Source: Squalus acanthias (lineage: Eukaryota). From it: DNA of 64,000 bases. Below are positions 12,063-25,200 of this stretch, piece after piece. The number at the start of each line of letters is the position of its first letter. Within the stretch, counting starts at the first letter, position 1. The notes beneath the pieces were generated by a model. The model searched no databases, was not told the DNA's origin, and saw nothing but the letters and a program-made list of their open reading frames with translations. A program made the position numbers and the translations under genes. The stretch covers positions 1,612,001 through 1,676,000 of the forward strand of contig JASTWF010000048.1 in the NCBI GenBank assembly GCA_030390025.1, given 5' to 3'.

Positions 12063-13806
12063 ATCAGAGAGAGAGATCAATAGAGAGATAGATATGTTCT
12101 CTCTCTCCCGATCTATCTATCAACAGTATTGGTTANNNNNNNNNNNNNNNNNNNNNNNNNNNNNNNNNNNNNNNNNNNNNNNNNNNNNNNNNNNNNNNNN
12201 NNNNNNNNNNNNNNNNNNNNNNNNNNNNNNNNNNNNNNNNNNNNNNNNNNNNNNNNNNNNNNNNNNNNNNNNNNNNNNNNNNNNNNNNNNNNNNNNNNNN
12301 NNNNNNNNNNNNNNNNNNNNNNNNNNNNNNNNNNNNNNNNNNNNNNNNNNNNNNNNNNNNNNNNNNNNNNNNNNNNNNNNNNNNNNNNNNNNNNNNNNNN
12401 NNNNNNNNNNNNNNNNNNNNNNNNNNNNNNNNNNNNNNNNNNNNNNNNNNNNNNNNNNNNNNNNNNNNNNNNNNNNNNNNNNNNNNNNNNNNNNNNNNNN
12501 NNNNNNNNNNNNNNNNNNNGATGGACGGACGGGCTGACAGATAGGGCTCAGATGTTTAAATTATGAAGGCAGGCTGAGGATTAATTGCAACTTTCAAGGT
12601 ATCTAGGTAGATGGAGCAAAGGTGAGTAGATGGAGTTGAGACACACATCAACCATTATCTAATTGAATGGGAGTCCAGGTTCGAGGGTCTCAATTGCCTC
12701 CTCTTTTTCCTAGGTAACAGGCTCGAGTAGTTACCCGGCCTTCTCCTGTCGCTGTGTAACTGGTATCGATTGCCATATTTTGCACATCCTGCTCTTACTT
12801 AACAGGCTAGAGGAATGTATGACCTCTTCCTGTTCCTGTTAAACAGGCGCAATGGGATTGAATGGCCTCCGCTTAATCCTGTCTTCAGAGCAAATCATAT
12901 GTAATTAACGGAGTGTTTCGTGGTCCTAGAGCGCCATCTCCTGGCCCCGGGGAGAACGCAAACACGGGTTTCAGTGTGTAAAATCCACCAGTCTTTTTAT
13001 TTTAGTTCCTTCTTTATATCTTCCTCTCATTCTTTCTACCATTCTTCTAGTCTTTCTTTCGTTCTCTCTTTCTTTCAATCCTTTTTTTCTTTCTTGATAT
13101 CTATTACTTTTTTTCTATCCATCTACCTTTCATTCTATCATTCTGCAGTGCATCTAACTTAATCTTTCTTTGCACCTTCTTCGGTTCCTTTATATCTAAT
13201 GGTCATAGAGGTAGGTTTTAAGGAGCGTCTTAAAGGACGATAGAGAGGTAGCGAGGCGGAGATTTTTAGCGAGGGAATTCCAGTGCTTAGGGCCGAGGCA
13301 ACAGAAGGCACAGCCACCAGTGGTTGAGCGATTATTGTCAGGGATGCTAAGGAGGGCAGAAATCGAGGAGCGCAGATATCTCGGGCGGTTGTGGGGCAAA
13401 AGGAAATTACAGAGATAGGGAGGGCCGAGGTCATGGAGGCATTTGTAAACAACGATAAGAATTTTGAAATCGAGGCGCTGCTTAACCAGAAGCCAATCTT
13501 GAAGATCTCTATCAGGTCACCCCTCAGCCTTCTCCTTTCTAGAGAAAAGAGATCCAGCCTGTTCAGCCTTTCATAACTTCTCAGTTCTGGTATCATTCTT
13601 GTTATTCCTGATTTTCAGCTTCTTCAGTGCCTCTGCATCTACTCTCTCTCGTTAAATCAAACCCGTCTCCTCTTCTTCTCAAAAGCACGGTCTTTCTCCA
13701 AAATAAACCAAACAGGACGCAGCACCGCGCGGTTTTATATTAAACAGTTGTTTCTTGCCGCCTTTCGAGTATTTTTTGTGCACCTCCATCTCTCTGAGTC
13801 ACTGTG

Positions 13807-13991
13807 AAGACTCCAGGTGCAGTAATACACGGTCGAGTCATTCGCCCGCAGGCTGGTGGACTTCAGGTTGAAGTTGTACTCATTCGGTCGCTCGGCGGCA
13901 AAACCATCCACCGCCCCCTCTGCAGTTACACTTTGTACAGTTAGGGACATAAACATCAACTGCGGCTCCTTCGCTGGATATGAGTTCACGT
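13807..13991 (-). pseudogene. V5 (family B) internally deleted pseudogene
   Basis: VNS fused directly to YPAKEPQLMF (about 110 bp lost incl. first Cys and Trp); acceptor AG mutated to AA; leader deleted; heptamer 13800-13806 with degenerate nonamer. Confidence 0.85.
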
Positions 13992-15117
13992 TTGAGAAAG
14001 AGTCGGGGAGGAGGTCAATAAACCGGAACATTCGTGGCAATGGAGAAAGAAAGAAAGAAAGAAATAGAGACAGAAATAAAGAATGAAAGAAGAGAAACGA
14101 AAGAAAGAATATAAGGAAGAAAACGTAAAGAAAGGTCATTAGCAGGAATTATTTTTTGAAATAGTCCCTTATGTGACAGACTACGTAGACTAGACTTGTA
14201 GTCCATTGAGTATAGAAGATTGAGCAGTGATCCTACTGAGGTGTTTAAAATGTTAAAAGTATTGGAGACTGGAGATAGAGAGAAGGTATTCCCTCTGGTA
14301 CGGGTCTGTCCAGAACTAGGGGCCATCAGCTGAGCATTAAAGCGAGGCCGAACAAGAGTCATATCGGGAGGCACCTCTTGACACAAAGGATAATGAAAAT
14401 CTGTAGTTCTCTCGCCCAAAGTGCTGTTGAGGCCAGAGGTCAACTGGAGATTTTGTTCGGTAAAGGTATCATGGGTTATGGAACCAGCTGGAGTTTTGGT
14501 TCCGATACTGAACACCACACTTTCGGAAGTATGTGAAGCCTTTAGAGAGGGTGCAGAAAAGATTTAATAAATGGTACCAGGGACAAGGGTCTTCAGTCAC
14601 ATTCAGAGACTAGAGTAGATGGGATTGTTCTCCTTCGGGCGGAGATGATTAAGGGGGCATTTAATGGAAGTGTTCAAAATCATGAAGTGTTTTGTTGGAG
14701 TAAATCAGGAGAAACTGTATTCAGTGGCAGTAGCGTCGGTCACCAGTGGGCACAAATTTAAGCAACGGATAAGGGTAAAATGATTTTTTTTTAAATTGTA
14801 GAGCGAGCTGTTCTGGTTTGGAATGCACTGCCCGAATGGGTGGAGGAAGCAAATTCAATAATAACTTTCCAAAGGCAATTGGATACACACTTGAAGTGCG
14901 ACGTTTACTGGACTGTGGGGCAAAGGCACGGGAATAGGACTAATTGGATAGCTCTTTGAAAGCCCCGGTACAGGAAGGTGGGGCAGAAAGACCTCCTTCC
15001 GTGCTGTATCAGTCTATGATTCTATGACATGGTGGCAGAATATTTGCACGGAAATAAGGTCTAGTGCTGCCACCAGGCGGCGGGAAATCAGCATTTAACT
15101 CCCATTCATCCGCTGCA

Positions 15118-15156
15118 GGTTTTTGTAGCTGGGGTGCCGCTTTCTCAAACGCTGTG
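15118..15156 (-). promoter_or_regulatory. 23-RSS of V6
   Basis: CACAGCG-23-ACAAAAACC. Confidence 0.92.
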
Positions 15157-16075
15157 CGATACTACAAGCACAGTAATAGACAGCGGTGTGAGACGGAGAG
15201 GCGTCACTCAGTTCCAAAGTAAACAGCGTAGTGCTGCTTCTTTCTGCCTTAAAAGATTCGGTCGTGTATTTCGTAACAGCACCTGCTGCAGCAGAAAAGA
15301 AAAGAGCTTCTAATGCCCGGTCGGGTTGTTGTCTGTACCAGTACATTTGTGAATAAGCAGTATTCGTCAGCGTACATCTGAGCGTGTTCGACTCTCCTGC
15401 TCCAATCGATAGGACAGAAGGCGACTGCTCCACGTACGAGGCGAGTATTCCTGTCGAAAGCAACATCGATTAGTTTCATATTTTCGTTAATTATTTAGGG
15501 CGCAGACTACAGAAACAACGAACTTCCATTCATAAAGCGCCACTCACGACCTCAGAAAGTCACAAAGCAGAATACAATCAATGAAGTACCGATTAAAGTG
15601 TAGTCACTGATGTAATGAAGGAAAGGAGACAGCAAATTTCAGCACAGCAAGCTCCCACATTCTGCATTGAAATAAATGACCAGTACATCTGGTTTTTGGT
15701 GTTTATTGTGTTGTTCATGTTGGCCCAGATCACCGGCGGCAACTTCGCTGCACCTCTTCCAATAGTGCACTGGGATCGTATACGTCCACCTGAGAGGGCA
15801 GCTCGGTTTAACGCCTTATCTGAAAGATGGCACCTCCGATAGTGCAGCACTCCCTCAGCGCTGGTGTCAGGAGTATCAGCATAGATTTTATGCTCAAGTC
15901 TCAGGAGTAAGACTCCAACCCAAAACCTTTGATTCAGAGGAATGTTTTCTACCAGCTAAACAACAGCTAACATTATAATACTTTAAACTGCATGAATCTC
16001 TGCATAAGTTTGTTAATTTGACTTACGTGGGATCAGTGTCACCATCAACGTTAGATAATAAGCTCCATGAAACAT
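15157..16075 (-). CDS. TRBV: V6 (family C); leader 16027-16075, V exon 15157-15450; intact
   Basis: MFHGAYYLTLMVTLIP + RILASYVEQSP...LRC...WYRQ...HTAVYYCACSI. Confidence 0.88.
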
Positions 16076-18335
16076 GATTTATTTATTCGACACTGGCTCG
16101 CTGGGTGATCGAGTATTGCTCAATCCCACTTTTAAAGCCGGTTTGTCTGTTCGAGCTGATTAAATACGAAGCTTCCGGTTGTAATTGTCATTGAAACGTC
16201 ACTTCCTGCGCAACCCACGCTCCATTCCATTCCTTCGGTAGTTCAGCAACGTCATAGAATCGTACAGCACAGAAGGTTAAGGAGAGAACTAATAGAGGTG
16301 TTCAAAATTACGAATGGTTTTGACAGAGTTGATAGGGAGAGACTATATCCACTGGCAGGAGGGACCTTAACCAGAGGGCACAGATTTAAGATAATTAGCA
16401 GTCGAACCAACGGGGAGATGAGGGGACATAAATGTTATTACAGACAGTTGTCATGATCTGGAATGCATTGCCTGAAATTGCGGTGGAAGCAGATTCAATA
16501 ATAACTTCCCAAAAGGGAATTGGATATAAACTCGATAAGGAAAAAAAAAAGGCTATGGGGAGAGAGCAGAGGAGTGAGACTCAATGAATAAGAGGGACCA
16601 AAACTAGGGACGTTATGAGATATACACTAATTAATCCAATAGGGAATTCAGGAGAAACATCTTTATCCAAAGTGTGGTGAGAATGTGGAACTTGCTAACA
16701 CGTGGAGTGGTTGAGCCAAATAGCATCGTTGCATTTAAGGGGAAGCTAGAAAGTACATGAGAGAGAAAGTAATAGAAGGTTATGTTAATGGTTGTATTGA
16801 AGAGGGATATGACGAAGCCCGGGGGGTTAAATTGGATAGGTCTTCAAAAGAGCCGGATCGGACCCGCTGTGTCGAATGGCCTCCTTCAGTGCTGTCGGAT
16901 TCTGATTCTAGGAAAAACGGAAAGTTGCAGGGAAAAAATGTTCTCCTGTTACATGCCGTGCAGGTTTCAGTTCCTATGTGCTGAACGAGAATTCAAGGGT
17001 TAAATTTATTGCTGGGCTGAATTCGCAGATTCTTTGAAAAGCACATCAAAAGGCGCTTCGAGTCTGATAGAGAACTGTTTAAACGGTTTTCAACAGATTC
17101 TGAAACTGCCTTCATGAGACAGGTGTCCCGGATACAAACATATCTGAAGATGCGTCTCGCATTCGCACAGTGTGCAACATCGGTGAGATGTTTAAGGGCT
17201 CTAACATTAACTGTTTCCTAATTGTATGGGGTGTTCTCCTTAGAGCAGAGAAGGTTAGGCCTAGATTTACCAGAATGGTACCAGGGATGAGGGACTTCAG
17301 TTTTGTGGAGAGACTGGAGAAGCCGGGATTGTACTCTCTACAGCAGTGAAGGTTAAGGGGAGATTTAATATAATTAGTCAAAACGATGAAGGATTTTGAT
17401 AGAGTAAATACGGAGAAACTGTTTCCACTGGCAGAAGGTTCGGTAACCAGAGGTCACAGGTTAAAAATAAGTGGAAAGAGAAGCAGAGGGCGAGATAAGT
17501 AGAATTCTTATACTCAGCACGTTATGTTCTGGAATGCACTGCTTGGAAGTGTGGTGGAAACAGATTCAAGATAGACTGGTTTGATAGCTCTTTCACAGAG
17601 CCAGCACAGACTGGATGTGTCGAATGGCCTCCTGTTGTGTTGTATAATCGGAGAAAATGCGGTTAGATAGATGGAAGATACGCATCACCCATGATCTAAT
17701 TGGCTAGCAGAGCAGAGTCGAGAGGTTGAATGTCCCCCTCTTGTTCCGATGCAACAGGCGCGAGTGGCTGTGTGGGGCTCCTCTAGTTATTGTGTAACAG
17801 GCTCGTGTGGCTGAATGGGCCTACTTCTGTACCTGTGTATACGGTCTCGAGGAGGCTTAATTGCCTTCCCCTGTTCCTATGTAACAGGCGCAAGGGGACT
17901 GAATGGTCTCCTTCTGTTCCATATTAAACAATATTACAAGCAACCGTGTGGTTCATGCACCTAGAGTGACCTCTTCAGTCTCTGTGGAGAAAGAAAACAC
18001 AGTGTCAGTGTGTGAAAGCACGACAGTCTTTTTACTTCATTTCCTTCTTTTTATCTTAGTTTCTTCTTCCTTTCTTTCTGTCTTTCTGTCTTCCTTTCTC
18101 GCTGGTTTCTTTCTTTACAACATTCTTTCTTTCTATCTTACTTTCGTTCTATCGCTTTTCACTATATTTATTTCATTCTTTCCAGCTTCTCAGTGCCTTT
18201 TTTAATCTAATTTCTCACTTTTATTCTAGCCCGTCTATTCTTCTTGTCAAACACTCGTTCGCTGTGCAAAATAAACCCAACGCGACGCGGCACCGAGCGG
18301 TTTTATCTTAAACAGGTGTTTTCTGCCGCCTTTGG

Positions 18336-18374
18336 GGTTTTTGTTGAGCTCCTCCATCTCAATGAGTCAATGTG
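18336..18374 (-). promoter_or_regulatory. 23-RSS of V7
   Basis: CACATTG-23-ACAAAAACC. Confidence 0.88.
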
Positions 18375-18864
18375 CAGACTCCAGGCGCAATAATACACGG
18401 CCGAGTTATTCGCTCGCAGGCTGGAGGACTTCAGGTTGAACTCGTTGTCATTTGGTCGCTCAGCGGCAAAACCGTCCACCGTCCCCTCTGCAGTGACACG
18501 TTGTACAGTTAGGGAGATAAACATCAACTGCGGCTCATTCCCTGGATATTGTCTATACCAGTACATGTAAGGGTTACTTGCTCCCTCCACAGAGCATTTC
18601 AGTTCCATTTCATCACCAGGAATTTTGGAGACAGCGGCGGGAGTCTGGCGGATGCTCTGCGAGTTCACATCTGGGAACGAGACAGGGAGAGGAGGACGTC
18701 ATTAAACAGGGACTACCGGTCACCGGAAAAAGAAAGAATACGGAATGAAAGAAAGAATAAAGACAGAAAGAAAGAAAACGTAAAGAAAGGCTATTAACAA
18801 GAATTAATTTTTGAAATAGGTCCTTACAGGGAAAGAATATCATTAGACCCAGTAACATATACAT
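18375..18864 (-). CDS. TRBV: V7 (family B); leader 18828-18864, V exon 18375-18670; intact
   Basis: MYMLLGLMIFFP + VNSQSIRQ...KCSVEGASNPYMYWYRQ...YYCAWSL. Confidence 0.87.
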
Positions 18865-20646
18865 TTTTTGCTGGAAGCTTTTCTCTTAACAATGAAAAGA
18901 GCGAGAACAGGAGAGTTGTGTCTTGTGAGGTTCCAACCCGCTCTATTCAAATCATTGAGGAAAGCATGAAGAGCGTGAGGAAGTGATGCAGGTTTGGACT
19001 GTCCAACCCCTACCTCCCTGATTGACAGCCCCGCCTCTCCCTCTCTGATTGGCAGGCCAGCTACTCCCTCTCTGATTGGCAGAAATTAGAGCAGCCGGGA
19101 GCTGAATGTTGCAATGGGGACACAGACGGATTAAATGAACGAGCAAAACAGAGGTAGATGGAGCTAAATGTGGGCAATGTGAGATCATCCACTGCCAACC
19201 TAAGAAAGAGAGATCAGAAAATTTGCTGAATGGTGAAAAGCTGGGAACTGTGGAGGTGCAAAGGGAATTAGGTTTCAAGCTTCACAAATCGCTCTCGGCC
19301 AGTAGACAGGTACAAAAATCAAAAAGGCTAATGGAATGTTGGTCTTTATCTCAAGGGTGCTGGAATACAGAGGAGAGAAAGATAAGCTTCAGTTGTACAG
19401 AGACCTTGTCAGACTCCATCTGGAACAAGACTTTCAGTTCTGGGCAACAAACTTCAGGAAGGATATATTGGCGTTGGAGGGAGAGCAGCAAAGATTCACC
19501 AGAAAGATACCGGGGCTTAGAGAATTAATATATGAGGACAGATTACATAGACTAGGCTTGTATTCCATTGAGTACAGAAGATTGAGCAGTGATCCTACTG
19601 AGGTGTTGAAAATGTTAAAAATATTGGAGACTGTAGATAGAGAGAAGGTATTCCCTCTGGTGAGGGGCAGTCCAGAACTAGGGGACATCAAATGAGCTTT
19701 AAAGCGAGTCCGATCAAGGGTCATATCTGGAGGCCCCACTTGACACAAAAGAAAATGAAAATCTGCAGTTCTCTCGCCCATAGTGCTGTTGAGGGAGAGC
19801 TCAACTGGAGATTTAAAAACTTAGAATTCGGTTATCTAAGGGTATGAAGGGTTAAGGAATCAATGTGGGTAAGTGGAGTTAAGATTCAGATCAGCCATGA
19901 TATGATTGAACGGCGGTTCAGCTCATGGGCCTGAATGGCCTCCTCCTGCAACGAATAAACCATGTTCCAGGCACTGGTTGGTTTCATGGTCCTGGAGCGC
20001 CCTCTGCTGCCCCTGTGGAGATTTAAAACACCGCGCCAGTGGACAAAAGCAACACGCCATCAGTGGAGAAAAACCCAACAATCGTTTAATTTACTTTCTT
20101 TCATCCATTCATTATTTCTATCTTTATTTCGTTTTTGCATTTGTTAATATTCTATTTTTGGGGGTCTGAACCAGTTTCCCCTGCCCCTGAATGCGCTTGC
20201 ACTCGGCTAACTGAATGTGCTCAAAAATTTAGCACAGGATGGGTTGATATTGCACACTGTCAGCATTACTTTCCATTCATTTCTCCATCATATGCTTATC
20301 TCCCTTAACTGCTTCTCTGCTTTTCACTTCAACTATTCCTTGTGGTAGCGAGATCCGCATCCTCACCACTCTCTGGGAAAAAAGATTCTCCTGAATCCCC
20401 TAATGGATTTATTAGTGACTATCTCATATATAAGGCCACTAGCTTTGATCATCCACATAAATGAAACTATCTTCTCTACGTCTATCCTATAGAATCCCTT
20501 CCATCATTATAAAGACCTCAATCAGGTCATCCCTCGGTCTTCTCTTCTCTAGTGGTCATGATGCGGAGGTGCCGGTGTTGGACTGGGGTGGACAACAATG
20601 AGAAGTCGCAGAACACCAGGTTATAGTCCAACAGTTTTATTTAAAA

Positions 20647-20684
20647 TTACGAGCTTTCGGAGCTGTTGCCCCTTCGTCAGGTAA
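20647..20684 (-). ncRNA. Hammerhead ribozyme-like motif in the PLE 3' pseudo-LTR
   Basis: UUAC-CUGACGA-A-GGGGC/GCUCC-GAAA-GCUC-GUAA. Confidence 0.7.
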
Positions 20685-22315
20685 AGGTACAGTGAGGGAA
20701 TCTATTACACAGTATATATACACAGAGAGCAATTTGTCTGCAGAGATAGAATCTTTTAGGGAGGCATTAAATCAAAGACACATCAGAGTAGAGCTAAGAC
20801 AATGAGGTGGGTCACAGGGGGTCCAACGTGTCAAATGCTGCCGTCTGCAGTTGAGCTTTTAACTTTGTTTTTGGTTTTTTTTGGGGGGGGGTGGATTTTG
20901 GTGTTTTTTTTAATAAAAACTGGAAAGACAGACAACGATGTCGAGTCACGTTCTGTAGCGTGACATGAACCCGAGATCCCTATTGAGGCCGTCCTCAAGG
21001 GTGCGGAACTTGGCTATCAATTTCTGCTCGATGATTTTGCGTTGTCGTGTGTCTCGAAGGCCGCCTTGGAGAACACTAACCCGCAGATCCGTGGCTGAAT
21101 GTCCTTGACTGCTGAAGTGTTCCCCGACTGGGAGGAAGCAATCCTGCCTGGCGATTGTTGCGCGGTGTCCGTTCATATGTTGTCACAGTGTCTGCATGGT
21201 CTCGCCGATGTACCATGCTCCGGGGCAACCTTTCCTGCAATGTATGAGGTAGACAACGCTGGCCGAGTCACATGAGTATGTACCATGTACCTGGTGGGTA
21301 GTGTCCTCACGTGTGATGATGGTATCTGTGTTGATGATCTGGCATGTCTTGCAGAGCTTGCCGTGGCAGGGTTGTGTGGTGTCGTGGTCGCTGTTCTCCT
21401 GACAGCTGGGTAATTTGCTGCGTACGATGGTACTTTGGAGGTTAGGCGGCTGCTTGAAGGCGAGTAGTGGAGGCGTGGGGATGGCCTTAGCGAGGTGTTC
21501 GTCGTCATCGATGACATGTTGAAGGCTGCGAAGAACATGGCGTAGTTTCTCCGCTCCGGGGAAGTACTGGACGACGTAGGGTACTCTGTTGGTTGTGTCC
21601 CGTGTTCGCCTTCTGAGGAGGTCTATGCGGTTTTTCGCTGTGGCCCGTCGGAACTGTCAATCGACGAGTCGAGCATCATATCCCGTTCTTACGAGGGCGT
21701 ATTTCAGTGTCCGTAGGTCTCCATCGCGTTCCTCCACGTCTGAGCAGATCCTGTGTATTCGCAGGGCTTGTCCATAGGGGATGGCTTCTTTAACGTTGTT
21801 AGGGTGGAAGCTGGAGAAGTGGAGCATCGTGAGCTTGTCCGTGGGCTTGCGGTAGAGTGAAGTGCTGAGGTGTCCGTCTTTGATGGAGATTCGTGTGTCC
21901 AAGAATGAAACCGCTTCTGAGGAGTAGTCCATGGTGAGTTTGATGGTGGGTTGGAACCTGTTGATGTTATCGTGTAGTCCTTTCAGTGATCCTTCGCCGT
22001 GGGTCCAAAGAAAGAAGATGTCGTCGATGTATCTGGTGTACAGCGTTGGTTGGAGGTCCTGTGCAGCGAAGAAGTCTTGCTCGAACTTGTGCATGAAGAT
22101 GTTGGCGTATTGGGGTGCGAATTTGATCCCCATGGCTGTTCCGTGTGTTTTTGTAAAAAAACTGGTGCTCGAAGGTGAAGACATTGTGGTCAAGGATGAA
22201 GCGGGTGAGTTGTAGGATGGCGTCTGGAGATTTGCTATTGTTGGTGTTGCGAACTGAGGCTGTCGCAGCGATGCCTGTGTATATACACTGTGTAATAGAT
22301 TCCCTCACTGTACCT

Positions 22316-22353
22316 TTACCTGACGAAGGGGCAACTGCTCCGAAAGCTCGTAA
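22316..22353 (+). ncRNA. Hammerhead ribozyme-like motif in the inverted PLE pseudo-LTR
   Basis: UUAC-CUGACGA-A-GGGGCA/UGCUCC-GAAA-GCUC-GUAA. Confidence 0.7.
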
Positions 22354-22518
22354 TTTTAAATAAAACTGTTGGACTATAACCTGGAGTTGTGCGACTTCTC
22401 ATTTTTCTCTTCTCTAGAGCATCGAGCCCCAGCCTGTTCAGCCTTTCCTGACAGTTATAACTTCTCAGTTCTGGTGTCATCCTTGTAAATATTTATTTTC
22501 ACCTCCTCCAGTGCTCTG

Positions 22519-22806
22519 CACATCACACTTCAGTTCCACTCCATCCCCGGGAAATCTGGAGAAAGCGGCGGGAGTCTGGCGGATAGTTTTCGAGTTCACG
22601 TCTGGGAAATAGACAGTGAGTGAGGAGGACGTCAGTAAATTGGGATATTCGGGGAAATGCAGCAGGAAACAAAAGGAAGTATGGAAACAGAGAAAGAAAG
22701 AGTTAAAGAAAGAAGGAAAGATGGAAAGAAATAGTAAAATAATAATTGTTGCTTTTAAAATTCCCTTACGGTGAAACAAGATCATCAGACCCAGTAACAG
22801 ATACAT
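22519..22806 (-). pseudogene. V8 (family B) 3'-truncated pseudogene; leader 22770-22806
   Basis: Exon from 22601 VNSKTIRQ...LKCDV ends right after the first Cys; no RSS. Confidence 0.85.
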
Positions 22807-23744
22807 CTTTTATTTTAAGCTGTCCTCTCAATAATTCATGGAACCAGAGCAGGAGCGTTGTATGTTGTGAGGAGCAAATCCGCTCTTCAGAAATCATTGA
22901 ACAAAACATAAAGAGCATAAGCAAGTGTTGCAGGTTTGGACAACCACGCCCCGCCCCCCTCTGCTTCACAGCCCCGACTCTCCCTCTCTGATTGACAGCC
23001 CCACCCCTCCCTCTCTGAGAGGCAGTGAGTAGAGCAGATGGGAGCTGGAATTTGCAAAGGGGCAGAGAAAGATTACGTGAATGAGAAAAGCAGTGACACT
23101 GACAGATGGAGTTTAATGTGGGCAAGCGTGAGATCATCCTCTGTGCACCTAAGTATGATAAAGCGGAATATTGTCCAAGTGGCGATCAGCTAAAAACAGT
23201 GCAAGCTGGGAACAGTGGAAGTTTAATGGAATACTGGCTTTTATCTCAAAGGGGGCAGGAAGTTATCTTTCAGTTGTATAACGCTCTAGTCAGACTCTGT
23301 CTGGAGTACTTCGTGCACTTCTGGACTTCTGGGCAATGCATATCAGGTAGGATATATTAGTCTTGAAGTGCATGTCCGCATATTCACCAGAATGATACCG
23401 GGGCGAAAATGCTTATATTATGAGGACAGGTTGTATAAACTTGGCTTTATTCCCTTCAGTGTAGAAGTTTAAGAGGAGATCTTAGTGAGGTGTTTGAGAC
23501 TGTTCAAATAATTAAAGAGGGTAGATTGAGAGAAACTATTCCCTCAGGTGAGGGAAGTCCAGAACAAGGGGACATGACCTCAAAATTAAGCTAAGACATT
23601 CAGCGAATATGTCTGGAAGCACTTCTTCACACAAAGGGTGCTGGAAATCTGGAATTCTCTCTCAATTGACTATTGAGGCAAAGGAGATTTCAATACGTAG
23701 ATAGACAGATTAATATTAAGTAAGGGTATCAAGCGTTACGGAAC

Positions 23745-24760
23745 CAACAGTAGCAATAAAAGGGTCATCTTCGGGTTGGCAGGCTGTAACTAGTGGGGTA
23801 CCACAAGGATCAGTACTTGGGCCTCCTCTATTTACAATCCAAATCAATGACTTAGATGAGCGGGCCCAGTGTAATATATCCAAGTTTGCTGACGATACAA
23901 GACTCGGTGTTAAAGTAACTTGTGAGGAGGACGCAAAGAGGCTGCAAATGGATACAGTCAGGGAGAGTAAGTGGGCAAGATCTTGGAAGATGGAATATAA
24001 TGTGGAGTTAAACACTTTGGTAGGAAAAATAGAAAGGCAGAGTATTTTTCAAATGGTGAGAGATTGGGAAATGTTGTTGTTCAGAGGGACCTGGGTGTCC
24101 TTGTACACGAATCACAGAAAGTTATCCTGCAGGTACAGAAAGCAATTAGGAAAGCAAATGGTACATTGGCCATTATTACAAGAGGATTTGAGTGTAAGGG
24201 TAAAGACGTCTTACTGCAATTATATAGGGACTTGGTGAGGCCACACCTAAATTCCTGTTTACAGTTTTCGTCTCCTTACCTAACGAAGAATGCACTTACA
24301 TTAGAGGGAGTGCAACGAAGGGTCACTAGACTGATTCCTGGGCTGTGGGGATTGTCATATGAGGAGAGATTGAGTAGACCAAGCCTATATTTCCTAGAAT
24401 TTAGAAGAATGAGAGGTGACTTCATTGAAACACGTAAATACTTAGGAGGTTTGGCAGGATGTTTCCCCTGGTTCGGGGAGTCCTGAAACAGGAGTTGCAG
24501 TATCACAATAAGGGGTCGGCCATTTCGGACTGAGAAATTTGAAAGGGCTGTGATTCTTCGGAATTCACCAACCCAGAGGGCTGTGGATGCTCAGTCCTTG
24601 AATATAATCAAAACAGAGATCGGTAGATTTCCTGCATATTTTGGAAATCAAGAGAAATGGGGATAGGGCGCCATATGGAGTTGAGGTAGAAGATCAGCCA
24701 CGGTCTTATTGAACGGTGGAGCAGACTCGAAGGGCTGAATGGCCTACGCTTGTTACTATT
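23745..24760 (+). mobile_element. Degenerate CR1-type LINE RT fragment; paralog about 28545-29520
   Basis: TSGVPQGSVLGP...FADDT remnants; ORF 24064-24486. Confidence 0.8.
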
Positions 24761-24764
24761 CCAG

Positions 24765-25200
24765 GTACGGTACCGTAGTGCTACTGTTACTAGACTAGTA
24801 ATGTAGAATGGCTGAACTAATGATCTGGAGACATGAGTTTAAATCCCATGTGGAAATTTAAATTCAATTAAAATAAATCTAAAATTAAAAGCTAGCATGG
24901 TGGCTAAGAAACTAATAGATTGTTGTAAAAACCCATCTGGTTCACTAAGGTCCCTTAGGGAAGGAAATCTGCCGTCCTTACCTGGTCTGGCTGGCAGATA
25001 CATCAATCCAAACCCACAGCAATGTGGTTGACTCTTTAACAGCCCTCTGAAATGTACTAAACCGCTACAAAGAAGTATACTTGCTGTGGGAGTACCATCA
25101 GCACACGGACTGCAGCGGATCAAGAAGGGGGTCACCGCCACCTTCTCAAGGGCAGTTAGGGATGCGCAATAAATGCTGGCCTTGCCATGAACGAAAAACA
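24765..25200 (+). mobile_element. tRNA-headed SINE sharing its 3' tail with the neighbouring LINE family
   Basis: B-box-like GAGTTTAAATCCC; tail ...CAGTTAGGGATGCGCAATAAATGCTGGCCTTGCC matches LINE ends near 26500 and 62200. Confidence 0.6.

Larger units (their letters stand above)
20553..22404 (-). mobile_element. Penelope-like retroelement, 5'-truncated, RT plus GIY-YIG remnants, inverted partial pseudo-LTR, 13-bp TSD
   Basis: ORF 21657-22193 GTAMG...APQYANIFM...RYIDD...FLD...LYRKPT (PLE RT); ORF 20946-21176 VGEHF...GLNRD (endonuclease C-terminus); inverted repeat about 20598-20725 vs 22275-22403; TSD TTCTCTTCTCTAG at 20540-20552 and 22405-22417. Confidence 0.9.
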
